Assembly (NCBI GenBank): GCA_963770125.1 | Contig: CAVYPI010000047.1 | Coordinates: 10,206-74,205 of the forward strand | Reading direction: 5' to 3' | From: an uncultured Actinomycetota bacterium | GTDB taxonomy: Bacteria > Actinomycetota > Actinomycetes > Mycobacteriales > Mycobacteriaceae | Length of the DNA stretch: 64,000 bases | In this document: one piece after another, positions 46,462-57,997 of the stretch | Layout of the letters: every line of letters begins with the position of its first letter | Position numbering within the stretch: the first letter of the stretch is position 1 | Translations under genes and position numbers: made by a program | The notes under the pieces: generated by a model | Told to the model about the DNA's origin: nothing | Databases searched by the model: none | What the model saw: the letters and a program-made list of their open reading frames with translations, nothing else

Positions 46462-47382
46462 CTACGGCACCTTGGGCTTGATTTCCTCGATCACCCACTG
46501 TGCGTAGTCGAGGTAGGCGCTGACGTCCTTCACCGGGGGGATGGGTACCCCGGTCATCGTCACGCCAAGCTCTGAGAACCAGCCGAGCTGGTCGATGATC
46601 TCTTCTGCGCTCATGCCTGGCCGTTGGGTGGGATCGTCGACGACCACATGTGCTTCGCCTATTTGTGAGCTGCCGAGGCCGTACAGCACCTCGAACGGAC
46701 GCCCGTCGTAGTTCGGCTGGGACTTGATGAAGTCGAGCTTGGCGGGAATGTCCGCGGGACTCGTCAGCCACGGGAACCAGCCCGACGCGTATCGAGCCGC
46801 ACGTTTGAGCATCGGCTCGGCGTCGCCGCCGATCCAGATCGGCAGATGCGGTTTCTGAACCGGCTTCGGCTCGAAGGCCACATCCTTGAACGCGACGTAT
46901 TTTCCGTCGAATTCGGGAGAATCGCTCGTCCACAGTTCGACGATGGCGGCAAGGTATTCGTCGGCCATGCGTCCGCGCTCGTGGAACGGCACGCCGAGAA
47001 TCTTGAATTCTTCTGCGTCCCAACCGACGCCGAAGCACACGGTGATGCGGCCGCTGCTCATCCAGTCGGCTGTCGACAGCGCCTTGGCCATGACGACTGG
47101 GTGTTGCAAGGGCAGCAGCGTGACGGATGACATTACCCGAATGCGTTGCGTGGCACCGGCTATGAATGCCTGCGCAACGGTCGAGTGAAAGTAATGTGGT
47201 CCAGACAACTCCACGTGCGCGTTCGGGACGACGAAGTGTTCGGGGATCGGGATCATGTCGTAGCCGAGTTCCTCGGCGCGCTTGGCCATGACGGCCTGAT
47301 CAGCACCGGTCACGTCGAGCTCGAACGCCTGTGTCAGGGCTTTCACGCGGACCGTGTTCGGCATCGCAAAGGAGAATTTCAT
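46462..47382 (-). CDS. LLM-class (probably F420-dependent) oxidoreductase
   Basis: AEELGYD...PEHFVVP, SSGRITVCFGVGW, PKPVQKPHLPIWIGG. Confidence 0.88.
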   Translation of the reverse strand: MKFSFAMPNTVRVKALTQAFELDVTGADQAVMAKRAEELGYDMIPIPEHFVVPNAHVELSGPHYFHSTVAQAFIAGATQRIRVMSSVTLLPLQHPVVMAKALSTADWMSSGRITVCFGVGWDAEEFKILGVPFHERGRMADEYLAAIVELWTSDSPEFDGKYVAFKDVAFEPKPVQKPHLPIWIGGDAEPMLKRAARYASGWFPWLTSPADIPAKLDFIKSQPNYDGRPFEVLYGLGSSQIGEAHVVVDDPTQRPGMSAEEIIDQLGWFSELGVTMTGVPIPPVKDVSAYLDYAQWVIEEIKPKVP

Positions 47383-48443
47383 GGGGCACCGTGCCTTTCG
47401 ACAAGTGGCACAGTGCTGGCGGGGACCAGCCGGCCTGCCTTCTTGCGGGGGATGTGCCCGGCCTCCACCATCCAGCGGATGGTGTCGCCGAACGTTTCTT
47501 CGCCCGAGCGGAAGCACAGCCCCGACCTCGTCACGAAGCGGCTCGAGTCTGCGGGCGGCCACTGGGTGTTGATGGCCATGGACTCGGCGGAGATCTGTGT
47601 CTCGAACGGCACCAGCTTCTTGACCCGATCCGCCGTCGCGCCCATCGCACGCATCAGCCGTGGCGAGACGCGCGGACTGAAGAGGCGCCGACCGAGCAGC
47701 GCCTCGAGGCGCTGGCGTAGTTCGTCCCATGGATAGAAATGGCCACCGATGATGTAGCGCGCCTCCTCGAACGCGCCCGTGGGCGGATGCTCCAACAACC
47801 AAACGTGCGAGGCGGCCAGGTCGCGCACATCGATGCATTGGAGGCCCGTCGTGCTGCGCGGCAGCATCTGCCCAACGAAGGTCGCCAGCCCGCGATTGGC
47901 CGCGCTCAGCTTGGGGTCGTCTGGCCCGACGACGGCGACCGGATAGCTGATCTGCACCGGCACGCCCTTCTGCTGCAGCTCGCGGACGTACGCCTCGCTG
48001 TCACGCTTTGACCGCGAGTATGGCTCGGACAGCTCGGCGAGCGGTGTTGATTCGTCGACACGCGGCGCCCCCGGATGAAACAGCGCGGCGACGCTGCTGA
48101 CGTACAGCAGATTGCCGATGCCGACCGCGTGTGCAGCGCCGAGCACCGCCTTGGTCGCGCCGACATTGGTGTCATATGTCTCCCGAGCCTTGTTGGGGTC
48201 GAGTGACACGCTCGCCGCGGCGTGGAAGACGGCGTCGCAGCCGGCCATTGCGTACTGGAGGGCGGTCTGGTCGCGGATGTCGACGTTGACGAAACGCCCG
48301 ATACGTCGTCCGCGAGCCTCGAACCAGTCGCGCGCCGCTTCTTGATCGCGGACCAGCAGCTGCGGCTCGTGGCCCGCTGCGAGCAGGGCCAGCGCAGTGT
48401 GAGCCCCAACGAAACCAGTCGCGCCGGTGCAGAAGACCTTCAT
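47379..48443 (-). CDS. NAD-dependent epimerase/dehydratase (dihydroflavonol-reductase-like extended SDR)
   Basis: TGATGFVG, VFHAAA, YSRSK catalytic YxxxK, IDVRDLA. Confidence 0.88.
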   Translation of the reverse strand: MKVFCTGATGFVGAHTALALLAAGHEPQLLVRDQEAARDWFEARGRRIGRFVNVDIRDQTALQYAMAGCDAVFHAAASVSLDPNKARETYDTNVGATKAVLGAAHAVGIGNLLYVSSVAALFHPGAPRVDESTPLAELSEPYSRSKRDSEAYVRELQQKGVPVQISYPVAVVGPDDPKLSAANRGLATFVGQMLPRSTTGLQCIDVRDLAASHVWLLEHPPTGAFEEARYIIGGHFYPWDELRQRLEALLGRRLFSPRVSPRLMRAMGATADRVKKLVPFETQISAESMAINTQWPPADSSRFVTRSGLCFRSGEETFGDTIRWMVEAGHIPRKKAGRLVPASTVPLVERHGAP

Positions 48444-48592
48444 GCGCGGCCGATCCGCACCGGGATGTGGGCCATCTCGCCACCAACCTCACCTGAGTCG
48501 ACCCTGTCGAGTTGCCCTCGTCAGCAATCGTGGTGGCTGTAGATTAGCTGAACAGAGTATGTGAGTACTCGTATTTTGAGCGGCGCGACCGG

Positions 48593-49432
48593 TTAAGTGC
48601 CCGTGTACTCATCGGGATTCGGCAGGAAGCGGGTGCCTTCGTCGAGGCCGTTGAGCGTGGCCATCTCATCGTCGCTCAGCTCGAAGTCGAACACCTCGAG
48701 GTTCGACTTGATCCGCTCCGGGTTCGCCGACCGCGGGATGACCACATTGCCGAGCTGAATGCTCCACCGGATCAACACCTGCGCAGGGGTCTTGTCCCGT
48801 GCCTGTGCGATCGCGGCGATGGTCGGGTTGTCCAGCAGCTTGCCGATCCCGAGTGGTCCGTAGGCCTCCGTGACGATGCCGTACTCGGCATTGACCGCCC
48901 GCAGCTCAGTCTGATTCAGCAAGGGGTGCAGCTCGATCTGGTTGACCGCGGGCGTGAAGAACGACAGGTCGATGATGTTCGACAGGTGCTCGGCGTGAAA
49001 GTTGGCCACGCCGATGGACCGGGTGTCGCCGTCCTGTCTGCGTTTCATGATTCCGCCCCAGCTGTCGACATACTTACCCTGCTCGCCGGCGGGCCAGTGG
49101 ATGAGATACAGATCGACGTAGTCCAGGCCGAGCCGCTCCAGGCTTGCCTTCAGGGCGTCCTGGGAGGATTGGAAGCCCAGGTCCGGGGGGGCCAGCTTGG
49201 TCGTGACGAACAACTCGTCGCGGGCCACACCCGACGCGGCGATCGCCCGGCCGACCGCTTCCTCATTGCCGTAGGCGGCTGCGGTGTCGATCAATCGGTA
49301 GCCGGCTTCCAGTGCCGTCGATACGGCCTGCTCGGTCTCGGGGTCCGACAGCTCGCCGACGCCGAGACCGATCACCGGGATCGTGTTCTCGTCGTTGAGA
49401 GTGACGGTGGGAATCGCAGCCGCCGACGTCAT
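48593..49432 (-). CDS. Aldo/keto reductase (Rv2971-like)
   Basis: [33 protein letters not shown]. Confidence 0.93.
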   Translation of the reverse strand: MTSAAAIPTVTLNDENTIPVIGLGVGELSDPETEQAVSTALEAGYRLIDTAAAYGNEEAVGRAIAASGVARDELFVTTKLAPPDLGFQSSQDALKASLERLGLDYVDLYLIHWPAGEQGKYVDSWGGIMKRRQDGDTRSIGVANFHAEHLSNIIDLSFFTPAVNQIELHPLLNQTELRAVNAEYGIVTEAYGPLGIGKLLDNPTIAAIAQARDKTPAQVLIRWSIQLGNVVIPRSANPERIKSNLEVFDFELSDDEMATLNGLDEGTRFLPNPDEYTGT

Positions 49433-49437
49433 GGCAC

Positions 49438-50289
49438 CTATCCTGTGAAGTTGAATGTTCGTGGGTCGGGACCCAGTCGTGTTCCGCTCCCGAGCGAAGA
49501 GATGGACGCCATGTCCTGCTCGCTCAGCTCGAAATCGAACACGTCGAAATTACTCACAATTCTCTCGGGGGTCACCGACTTGGGGATGACGATATTACCG
49601 AGTTGGATATGCCACCTAATCAGTACCTGTGCGGGCGTTTTTCCGTGTGCATCCGCGACGGCGGTAATCGTTGGATTGCTCAGCAGTGAGCCCTGGCCAA
49701 GCGGACTCCACGCCTCGGTCGCGATGCCCAGTTGAGCGTGCACTTCCCGCAATTCCTGTTGCTGCAGCAGCGGATGCAACTCGACCTGATTGACGGCGGG
49801 GACGATTCCGGTGCCGTCCACCAGGATTCGCAAGTGTTCTGGTTCGAAGTTGCTGACGCCGATCGACCGGATGCGGCCTTGATCGCGTAGATGCGCGAAC
49901 GCCTTGAATGTGTCGACGAACGTGTTGTTCGCGGGCATCGGCCAGTGAATAAGGTAGAGGTCGAGGTACTCATCCGATCCAGATAAGCCGAGCCGGTCCA
50001 TGCTGGCCTCGAACGACGCAAGCGTGCTGTCGTAGCCCTGGTCGGCGTTGGACAACTTGGTGGTGAGGTAGACATCCTCGCGCGGCAGACCGGACTTCAC
50101 TGCGTTCTTGATGGCATGACCCACCTCGCGTTCGTTGCCATACGCTGCGGCGGTGTCGATGTGTCGGTAGCCGGCTTCAAGGGCGGTCGCCACCGCACGC
50201 TCGGTGTCTTCTGGCGGCGTCTGCCAAACGCCGAGTCCGACCTGAGGTATCGAATTACCGTCATTGAGCGCGATCAAGGGAGCTGCCAT
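49438..50289 (-). CDS. Aldo/keto reductase (2,5-diketo-D-gluconate reductase-like)
   Basis: [31 protein letters not shown]. Confidence 0.93.
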   Translation of the reverse strand: MAAPLIALNDGNSIPQVGLGVWQTPPEDTERAVATALEAGYRHIDTAAAYGNEREVGHAIKNAVKSGLPREDVYLTTKLSNADQGYDSTLASFEASMDRLGLSGSDEYLDLYLIHWPMPANNTFVDTFKAFAHLRDQGRIRSIGVSNFEPEHLRILVDGTGIVPAVNQVELHPLLQQQELREVHAQLGIATEAWSPLGQGSLLSNPTITAVADAHGKTPAQVLIRWHIQLGNIVIPKSVTPERIVSNFDVFDFELSEQDMASISSLGSGTRLGPDPRTFNFTG

Positions 50290-51425
50290 GAGTCAAAGTC
50301 TGCCAGGACAAGCGGCACCGGTCGGACCGCCGGCGTCACGGGCAAAGTCGGCATCGCAGGCCCGAAGCGACCGCAAGGAGGCGATCGTCAACGTCGCTGC
50401 CGGGGTGACCCTGCGCGCCCTGCCGCGGATACCCGACGGTGTCAAACGCCTACTGCTGGGCGGTCGTTCGATCACAGTCGACGGCAACACCCTGGACACC
50501 ACGCTGCAGCTGATGCTTGCGGGGCAGCGAATGACCGGCATCGACGGGCTGGCGTCCGACGATGACGTCATCGGCGTCGCGGACTCGACTGGAGATACTG
50601 GCGGCGAGCGTCAAGCAGGACATCCCAGTGGCGAGGATGACCAAACTCTCGATCCCCGGGCCTGCAGGCCCGATCCCGGCGCGGCACTACAGGCCGGCGG
50701 TTGGCTTCGCACCACTGCTGGTCTTCTACCACGGCGGCGGCCAGGTCATCGGCAGCCTCGACACCCATGACGATCTGTGCCGCAAGATCTGCCGCGACGG
50801 TGCTGTTCACGTGCTGTCGGTCGACTACCGGCTGGCACCCGAACACAAGGCGCCCGCCGGCGCCGACGATGCCTTCGCGGCGTTTCTGTGGGCGCGCGAC
50901 CACGCCACCGACCTCGGGGCCGACGCGGAGCGAGTGGCTGTCGGCGGCGACAGCGCGGGTGGCAACCTCGCCGCGCTGGTAGCGCACCGTGCGCGCAACG
51001 AGGCACCGGGACTTCCGGCGCTGCAACTCCTGATCTATCCGGTCACCAATTACCGCGACGAGACCCGGTCACAGACGTTGTTCGCCGCGGGTTACTACCT
51101 CACCAAGCATGATCTGCACTGGTTCCGGGACAGGTATCTCAGTGGCGCGCAGCTCGACGCATCCGACCCGCGCGTGTCGCCGCTGCTGGCCGACGACCTG
51201 ACCGGACTGCCGCCCGCGCTGGTGCTCACCGGTGGGTTCGACCCGCTGCGCGACGAGGGCCAGCAATACGCCGATGCCATGCGCGCCGCCGGAGTGACCG
51301 TCGACCATCGGCAGTTCGGTTCGCTGATGCACGGGTTCGCCAACTTCTTTCCGCTCGGTGGCGGCAGCGCCACGGCCACGACGGAAATGATCTCCGCGCT
51401 GCGCGCTCATCTCGCGCGTGCATGA
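50288..51425 (+). CDS. lipN: HSL-family esterase LipN-like, frameshift near 50573
   Basis: HGGG, GDSAG, DPLRDEG, HGF; N-terminal GRSITVDGNTLDTTLQLML lies in another frame. Confidence 0.83.
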
Positions 51426-51459
51426 GAAGCCGCCGGTGAGCCGCCGGTACTCTTAACCC

Positions 51460-52248
51460 GTGGCCACCAAACCCAAACGACAAGCCAGCTACGATCTGAA
51501 GGCAGCCGACCGCAAGCGCAACCTGGCGATCCAGATTGGGCTGACCTCGATCGTCGTGATCTTCGCCGTCGTGCTGGTGGGTTACATCGTCTTGTCCAAC
51601 GACAAGAAACCGCAGTCCGGTGAGGCCAAGGCCGTCCGGGTCGCGTCGAGCAATGTCATCAAGAAGGAAGGCAGCTCCGACCCGAAGGCCGTGCTGTCGC
51701 TCTACGAGGACTTCCTGTGCCCGCACTGCGGCCAGTTCGAGCAGCAGTTCGGGCCAACGGTGAGCAAGCTGATCGACACCGGTGCCGTCGCCGCCGACTA
51801 TTACATGGTCGGCATTCTGGACGGGCCACAGAACCAGAACTACTCGTCGCGCGCGGGCGGTGCCGCCTACTGTGTGGCCGACGAATCCATCGACGCGTTC
51901 CGGCGTTTCCACGCCGCGCTCTACGCGCAGCAGCCCGACGAGACCGCGACCGCATTTCCCGACAACGCCCGGCTGGTCGAGGTCGCGCGCCAGGCGGGTG
52001 CCGGGGGCGGTGTACCGGACTGCATCAACAAGGGCCGATACACCGAGATGGTGCGGGGGCTGGCCGAGGCCACCGGCATTCAGTCGACTCCGACCATCCG
52101 CATCAACGGGCAGGACTACTCACCCACCACGCCCGACGCGTTGGTCGCCAAGATCAAGGAGATCGTCGGCAACGTCCCGGGGCTGGATGGCGCCGCACCG
52201 ACACCGGCAGCCGAGCCCCCGGCACAGGCACCGGCACCGACGCCATGA
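51460..52248 (+). CDS. dsbA: Membrane-anchored DsbA-like oxidoreductase (Rv2969c-like)
   Basis: TM helix, YEDFLCPHC, STPT cis-Pro loop. Confidence 0.9.
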   Translation: MATKPKRQASYDLKAADRKRNLAIQIGLTSIVVIFAVVLVGYIVLSNDKKPQSGEAKAVRVASSNVIKKEGSSDPKAVLSLYEDFLCPHCGQFEQQFGPTVSKLIDTGAVAADYYMVGILDGPQNQNYSSRAGGAAYCVADESIDAFRRFHAALYAQQPDETATAFPDNARLVEVARQAGAGGGVPDCINKGRYTEMVRGLAEATGIQSTPTIRINGQDYSPTTPDALVAKIKEIVGNVPGLDGAAPTPAAEPPAQAPAPTP

Positions 52249-52877
52249 CCGTCAAGGCGCCCAGCGACGCCCAGCCGAGCGGCTCCACGGCGGACGCGTC
52301 GAACTGGGTGCCGGTCCGGAAGGCCAGCGCGGTATGGATTCTGATCGCCGGCGTCGTCGGGCTCGCCGCGGCGCTCACGCTGACGATCGAAAAGATCGAG
52401 ATTCTGATCAACCCCGACTATGTGCCGTCGTGCAGCATCAACCCGGTGCTGTCGTGCGGTTCGGTGATGGTGACCCCGCAGGCGTCGGCGTTCGGCTTCC
52501 CCAACCCGCTGATCGGCATCGTCTCGTTCACCGTCGTGGTGGTGACGGGTGTGCTGGCACTCGCCAAGGTCAGGCTGCCGCGGTGGTACTGGGTCGGCCT
52601 GGCCACCGGCACGCTATTGGGCGTTGCGTTCATTCACTGGCTGATCTTCCAGAGCCTGTATCGCATCGGCGCGCTGTGCCCGTACTGCATGGCGGTGTGG
52701 GCGGTCACCATCCCGCTGTTCGTTGTGGTCGCCTCCATCGCGCTGCGGCCATTGCACTCGAACGTGGTGGCGCGGATGCTTTACACGTGGCGCTGGTCGC
52801 TGGTGACGCTGTGGTTCACCGCGCTGATCCTGCTGATCCTCGTGCGCTTTTGGAACTACTGGTCCACCCTCATTTAG
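52245..52877 (+). CDS. Vitamin K epoxide reductase family protein (Rv2968c-like)
   Basis: CSINPVLSC, FGFPN, ALCPYC. Confidence 0.93.
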   Translation: MTVKAPSDAQPSGSTADASNWVPVRKASAVWILIAGVVGLAAALTLTIEKIEILINPDYVPSCSINPVLSCGSVMVTPQASAFGFPNPLIGIVSFTVVVVTGVLALAKVRLPRWYWVGLATGTLLGVAFIHWLIFQSLYRIGALCPYCMAVWAVTIPLFVVVASIALRPLHSNVVARMLYTWRWSLVTLWFTALILLILVRFWNYWSTLI

Positions 52878-52911
52878 ACACCACAGCGTCATCGGCGGTT
52901 AAGGTCAGCGG

Positions 52912-55900
52912 GTGATTTCGAAGGTCCTGGTAGCGAACCGCGGCGAGATCGCGATTCGCGCGTTCCGGGCGGCCTACGAGATGGGCATCGCGACGGTCGC
53001 GGTCTATCCGTATGAGGATCGCAACTCCCTGCACCGGCTCAAGGCCGACGAGTCGTACCAGATCGGCGAGAAGGGCCACCCCGTCCGGGCGTATCTTTCG
53101 GTCGACGAAATCATCCGCGTCGCCCAGCAAGCCGGCGCCGACGCGATCTATCCGGGCTACGGCTTCCTGTCGGAAAACCCTGACCTGGCCGCAGCCTGTG
53201 CCGCCGCGGGCATCACGTTCGTCGGACCCAACGCGGAAATCCTTGAGCTGACGGGCAATAAATCGCGGGCGATCGCCGCGGCCCGCACCGCCGGGTTGCC
53301 GGTACTGAACTCGTCGGCGCCGTCGTCGTCGGCCGATGAACTGATGGCGGTCGCTGCGACGATGGAGTTTCCGTTGTTCGTCAAGGCGGTCTCCGGCGGG
53401 GGCGGACGCGGCATGCGGCGCGTCACTGACATCGCCGCGCTGCCCGAGGCCATCGAGGCAGCGTCCCGCGAGGCCGAGTCCGCGTTCGGGGACCCGACGC
53501 TGTACCTCGAGCAGGCGGTGCTCAACCCCCGCCACATCGAGGTGCAGATCCTGGCCGACACTCATGGCAACGTGATGCACCTCTTCGAACGCGACTGCAG
53601 CGTGCAGCGCCGGCACCAGAAGGTCATCGAATTGGCGCCCGCGCCGAACCTGCCAGGCGAACTGCGGCAGAAGATCTGCGCCGACGCGGTCGCGTTCGCC
53701 CGCCAGATCCGACTACACCTACGCGGGCACCGTCGAGTTCCTGCTCGACGAGCGCGGCAACTACGTGTTCATCGAGATGAACCCGCGCATCCAGGTCGAG
53801 CACACCGTGACCGAGGAGATCACCGACGTCGACCTGGTCGCCAGCCAGATGCGCATTGCCGACGGGGAGACGCTGGAAGACCTTGGGCTGAGCCAGGATT
53901 CGCTGCAGGTGCATGGTGCTGCTATGCAATGCCGGATCACGACCGAGGACCCGGCCAACGGCTTCCGCCCTGACACCGGCCGCATCACCGGCTACCGATC
54001 GCCCGGCGGTGCGGGCATCCGGCTGGACGGCGGCTCGCATCTGGGCGCCGAAATCAGTGCCCACTTCGACTCGATGCTCGTCAAGCTGACGTGCCGCGGG
54101 CGCGACTTCTCAACAGCGGTCGCCCGGGCCCGTCGTGCGCTAGCCGAGTTCCGGATCCGCGGCGTGTCGACGAACATCCCGTTCTTGATGGCGGTGGTCA
54201 ACGACCCGGACTTCCGCGCGGGACGCGTCAACACGTCGTTCATCGACCAGCGTCCGTATCTGCTGACCGCGCGGACCCCGGCCGACCGTGGCACCAAGAT
54301 CCTCAACTATCTCGCCGATGTCACCGTCAACCAGCCGCACGGACCACGTCCGTCGGCGGTGTACCCGCAGGATAAGCTGCCGCAGATCGACCTCGACGCA
54401 ATGCCGGCACGCGGAAGCAAGCACCTGCTGGCCGAGGTGGGGCCGGAGGGATTCGCTCGCTGGCTACGCGAATCCAGGTCCGTCAGTGTCACCGACACGA
54501 CGTTCCGCGATGCGCATCAGTCGCTGCTGGCCACCCGCGTTCGCACCACCGGCCTGCTGATGGTCGCGCCCTACATCGCGCGGATGACGCCGCAGCTGTT
54601 GTCCATCGAGTGCTGGGGTGGCGCGACTTACGATGTTGCGCTTAGGTTTTTGAAGGAAGATCCGTGGGAGCGGCTGGCGGCGCTGCGCGAGGCGATACCC
54701 AACATCTGCCTGCAGATGCTGCTGCGGGGCCGTAACACCGTCGGCTACACGCCGTATCCCGAATCCGTCACGCACGCGTTCGTGCAAGAGGCGACGGCGA
54801 CCGGCATCGACATCTACCGCATCTTCGACGCGCTCAACAACGTCGACTCGATGCGGCCTGCGATCGACGCTGTGCGCGAAACCGGCACGGCGGTGGCCGA
54901 AGTCGCGATGAGCTACACGGGCGATCTGTCCGACCCGAACGAAAACCTGTACACCCTGGACTATTACCTCAAGCTGGCCGAGCAGATCGTCGACGCGGGC
55001 GCGCATGTGCTGGCGATCAAGGACATGGCGGGACTGCTGCGCCCGCAGGCCGCTCGTCAGTTGATCAGCGCGCTGCGCAGCCGATTCGACCTGCCGGTAC
55101 ACGTGCACACCCACGACACCCCGGGTGGGCAGCTGGCCACGTATCTGGCGGCCTGGCACGCCGGCGCCAACGCCGTCGACGGTGCCTCGGCGCCACTGGC
55201 GGGCACCACCAGCCAGCCAGCGCTGAGCTCGATCGTGGCCGCAGCGGCGCACACCGAGTACGACACAGGGCTGTCGCTGTCGGCGATGTGCGATCTCGAG
55301 CCGTACTGGGAGGCACTGCGAAAGGTGTACGCGCCGTTCGAATCCGGGCTGCCTGCGCCGACGGGGCGGGTGTATCACCACGAAATCCCCGGCGGCCAAT
55401 TGTCCAACCTGCGTCAGCAGGCGATCGCGCTTGGTCTCGGTGACCGGTTCGAGGAGATCGAGACGAACTACGCGGCCGCGGACCGGGTGCTGGGTCGACT
55501 GGTGAAGGTCACTCCGTCGAGCAAGGTGGTCGGCGATCTCGCACTGGCCTTGGTCGGAGCGGGTGTCAGCGCCGACGAATTCGCCTCGGACCCAGCGAAA
55601 TTCGACATTCCCGACTCGGTGATCGGCTTCTTGCGCGGTGAGCTCGGCGACCCGCCGGGCGGCTGGCCCGAACCGTTGCGCACCAAAGCGCTCGCCGGGC
55701 GCCCGCCCGCCAAGCCGCAGCAGGAACTCAGTCCCGAGGACGAGACGGTGTTGGCACAGGCCGGCTCGAAGCGGCAGGCCGCGCTGAACCGGCTGCTGTT
55801 CCCCGGTCCGACAAAGGAATTCGAGGCTCATCGGGAACTGTACGGCGACACCTCCAGCCTCTCGGCCAACCAGTTCTTCTACGGGCTGCGGCGCGGCGAA

Positions 55901-56296
55901 GAACACCGGGTCGAGCTGGAGCGCGGTGTCGAGCTGCTGATCGGGCTGGAGGCGGTCTCCGACCCCGACGAGCGCGGCATGCGCACGGTGATGTGCATCC
56001 TCAACGGCCAGCTGCGGCCGGTACTCGTGCGTGACCGCAGCATCGCCAGCGACATACCGACCGCCGAGAAGGCCGACCGGTCCAACCCCGACCACGTCGC
56101 CGCGCCGTTCGCCGGCGTGGTCACCGTCAACGTCGACGTCGGCGACCAGGTCGACGCCGGACAGACCATCGCCACCATCGAGGCGATGAAGATGGAGGCC
56201 GCGATCACCGCACCCAAGGCCGGCAAGGTCAGCCGCGTCGCAGTCTCGGCCACCGCGCAGGTCGAGGGCGGCGATCTGCTGGTGGTGGTCAGCTGA
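52912..56296 (+). CDS. pyc: Pyruvate carboxylase, frameshift near 53710
   Basis: [39 protein letters not shown] biotin site. Confidence 0.94.
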
Positions 56297-56856
56297 CCCG
56301 CATCGTCGCCGGCACGTTCGGCGGTCGGCGAATCGCGGTGCCGCGCACCGGAACTCGGCCGACCACCGATCGGGTGCGCGAGTCGCTGTTCAACGTGCTC
56401 GCGTCGCGGATCGACTTCGCGGGAGCGTCGGTGCTCGACCTGTACGCGGGCTCGGGGGCTCTTGGCCTGGAGGCGCTGTCGAGGGGAGCCACATCGGCGG
56501 TGTTCGTCGAGTCCGACCACCGGGCCGCCGCCGTCATCGCCCAGAACATCGCGTCGTTGGGGGTAACGGCCGCCGTGCGGCGCGGGCCCGTCGCAGCGGT
56601 GCTGGCAGGCGGCGCGGACCGGCCGGTGGATCTGGTGTTTGCCGACCCGCCCTACGACACCGGCGACACCGAAATCGCGCAGATGCTCACCGCCCTTGTC
56701 GACGGCGGCTGGGTGAGTGCGGGCACGGTGGTGGTCGTCGAGCGGGCCGCGTCGGGGCCGTCGCTGAGTTGGCCCGACGGCTGGCAGTCCTGGCAGGCCC
56801 GCCGCTACGGCGACACCCGGCTAGAGCTGGCCGAGCGGACTGATCTGCCCTGCTAG
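56293..56856 (+). CDS. rsmD: 16S rRNA m2G966 methyltransferase, probable CTG start
   Basis: [49 protein letters not shown]. Confidence 0.9.
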   Translation: MTRIVAGTFGGRRIAVPRTGTRPTTDRVRESLFNVLASRIDFAGASVLDLYAGSGALGLEALSRGATSAVFVESDHRAAAVIAQNIASLGVTAAVRRGPVAAVLAGGADRPVDLVFADPPYDTGDTEIAQMLTALVDGGWVSAGTVVVVERAASGPSLSWPDGWQSWQARRYGDTRLELAERTDLPC

Positions 56857-56867
56857 CGTCATCGACC

Positions 56868-57344
56868 ATGAGCGGCGCCGTATGCCCCGGATCGTTCGAC
56901 CCGGTGACCCTCGGCCATATCGACATCTTCGAGCGCGCGGCCGCACAGTTCGACGAGGTCGTGGTCGCGGTGCTGATCAATCCCAACAAGCAGGGCATGT
57001 TCAGCCTCGAGGAGCGCATCGCGATGATCGAAGAATCGACGACGCACCTGCCGAACCTGCGTGTCGAAGCCGGCGAGGGGCTGGTCGTGGACTTCGTGAA
57101 GGCCCGCGGACTGACTGCGATCGTCAAGGGCCTGCGCACTGGCACCGACTTCGAATACGAGCTGCAGATGGCGCAGATGAACAAGCACATCGCGGGCGTC
57201 GACACCTTTTTCGTCGCGACCACGCCGCGGTATTCGTTCGTGTCGTCGTCGCTGGCCAAAGAGGTGGCGACGCTTGGGGGCGACGTCGCCGAGCTGCTGC
57301 CCGGGGCCGTCAACGTGCGCCTGCAGGCCAAGCTCAAGGGTTAG
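56868..57344 (+). CDS. coaD: Phosphopantetheine adenylyltransferase
   Basis: [23 protein letters not shown]. Confidence 0.97.
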   Translation: MSGAVCPGSFDPVTLGHIDIFERAAAQFDEVVVAVLINPNKQGMFSLEERIAMIEESTTHLPNLRVEAGEGLVVDFVKARGLTAIVKGLRTGTDFEYELQMAQMNKHIAGVDTFFVATTPRYSFVSSSLAKEVATLGGDVAELLPGAVNVRLQAKLKG

Positions 57345-57426
57345 CCCCGGCCACGGCGGGTATTCACAGGGTGGCGCACAGCCCACCAGCGCCGAATCCA
57401 TGCTTACAAATAACGGAGGTATCCCT

Positions 57427-57993
57427 GTGGTCGAAACGTTTGTTCAATCGACCGATGACGTCGTGACGTTCCTCAAGGGACAACACAACCTGATCAAGGA
57501 CATGTTCGAGGAAGTCTTCAGCGCCTCCGACCCGAAAGCGCGCGAGAAGGCGTTCGTCGAGCTGCGCCAGTTATTGGCGGTGCACGAAACCGCTGAGGAG
57601 ATGGTGGTCCATCCGCGTGCGCGCCACGAAATCGCCGACGGCGACGAGATCGTCGACGCCCGATTGCACGAGGAGCACGAGGCCAAGCAGCAGTTGTCCA
57701 AGCTCGAGGGCATGGATATCGGCTCGAAGGAATTCCTTGACGAACTCACGAAGTTCCGCGACAACGTGGTCGACCATGCCGAGCACGAGGAGAACGAGGA
57801 GTTCAACAAGCTGCAGCGCAAGCTCGACTCCGACGACCGCGCGCGCATGGCGAAGGCGGTGCAGGCCGCAGAGGCGATCGCACCCACCCGTCCGCACCCA
57901 GGTGTCGAGTCGGCCAAGGCGAACTTCACCGTCGGGCCGTTCGCCTCGATGCTGGACCGTGCCCGCGACGCGATAAGTGCGGCGCTGCGGTAG
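57427..57993 (+). CDS. Hemerythrin-like domain protein
   Basis: H...HETAEE...EH...HAEHEE metal-ligand pattern; APTRPHP; GGAGG RBS. Confidence 0.9.
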   Translation: MVETFVQSTDDVVTFLKGQHNLIKDMFEEVFSASDPKAREKAFVELRQLLAVHETAEEMVVHPRARHEIADGDEIVDARLHEEHEAKQQLSKLEGMDIGSKEFLDELTKFRDNVVDHAEHEENEEFNKLQRKLDSDDRARMAKAVQAAEAIAPTRPHPGVESAKANFTVGPFASMLDRARDAISAALR

Positions 57994-57997
57994 TCGG

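Noticed and set aside
51460-52877. DsbA-VKOR pair as a new system
   Set aside because: Known mycobacterial disulfide-bond formation pathway
53700-53720. Programmed frameshift or natural two-subunit pyruvate carboxylase
   Set aside because: The break is inside the biotin carboxylase domain, there is no slippery sequence, and it matches the window-wide indel pattern
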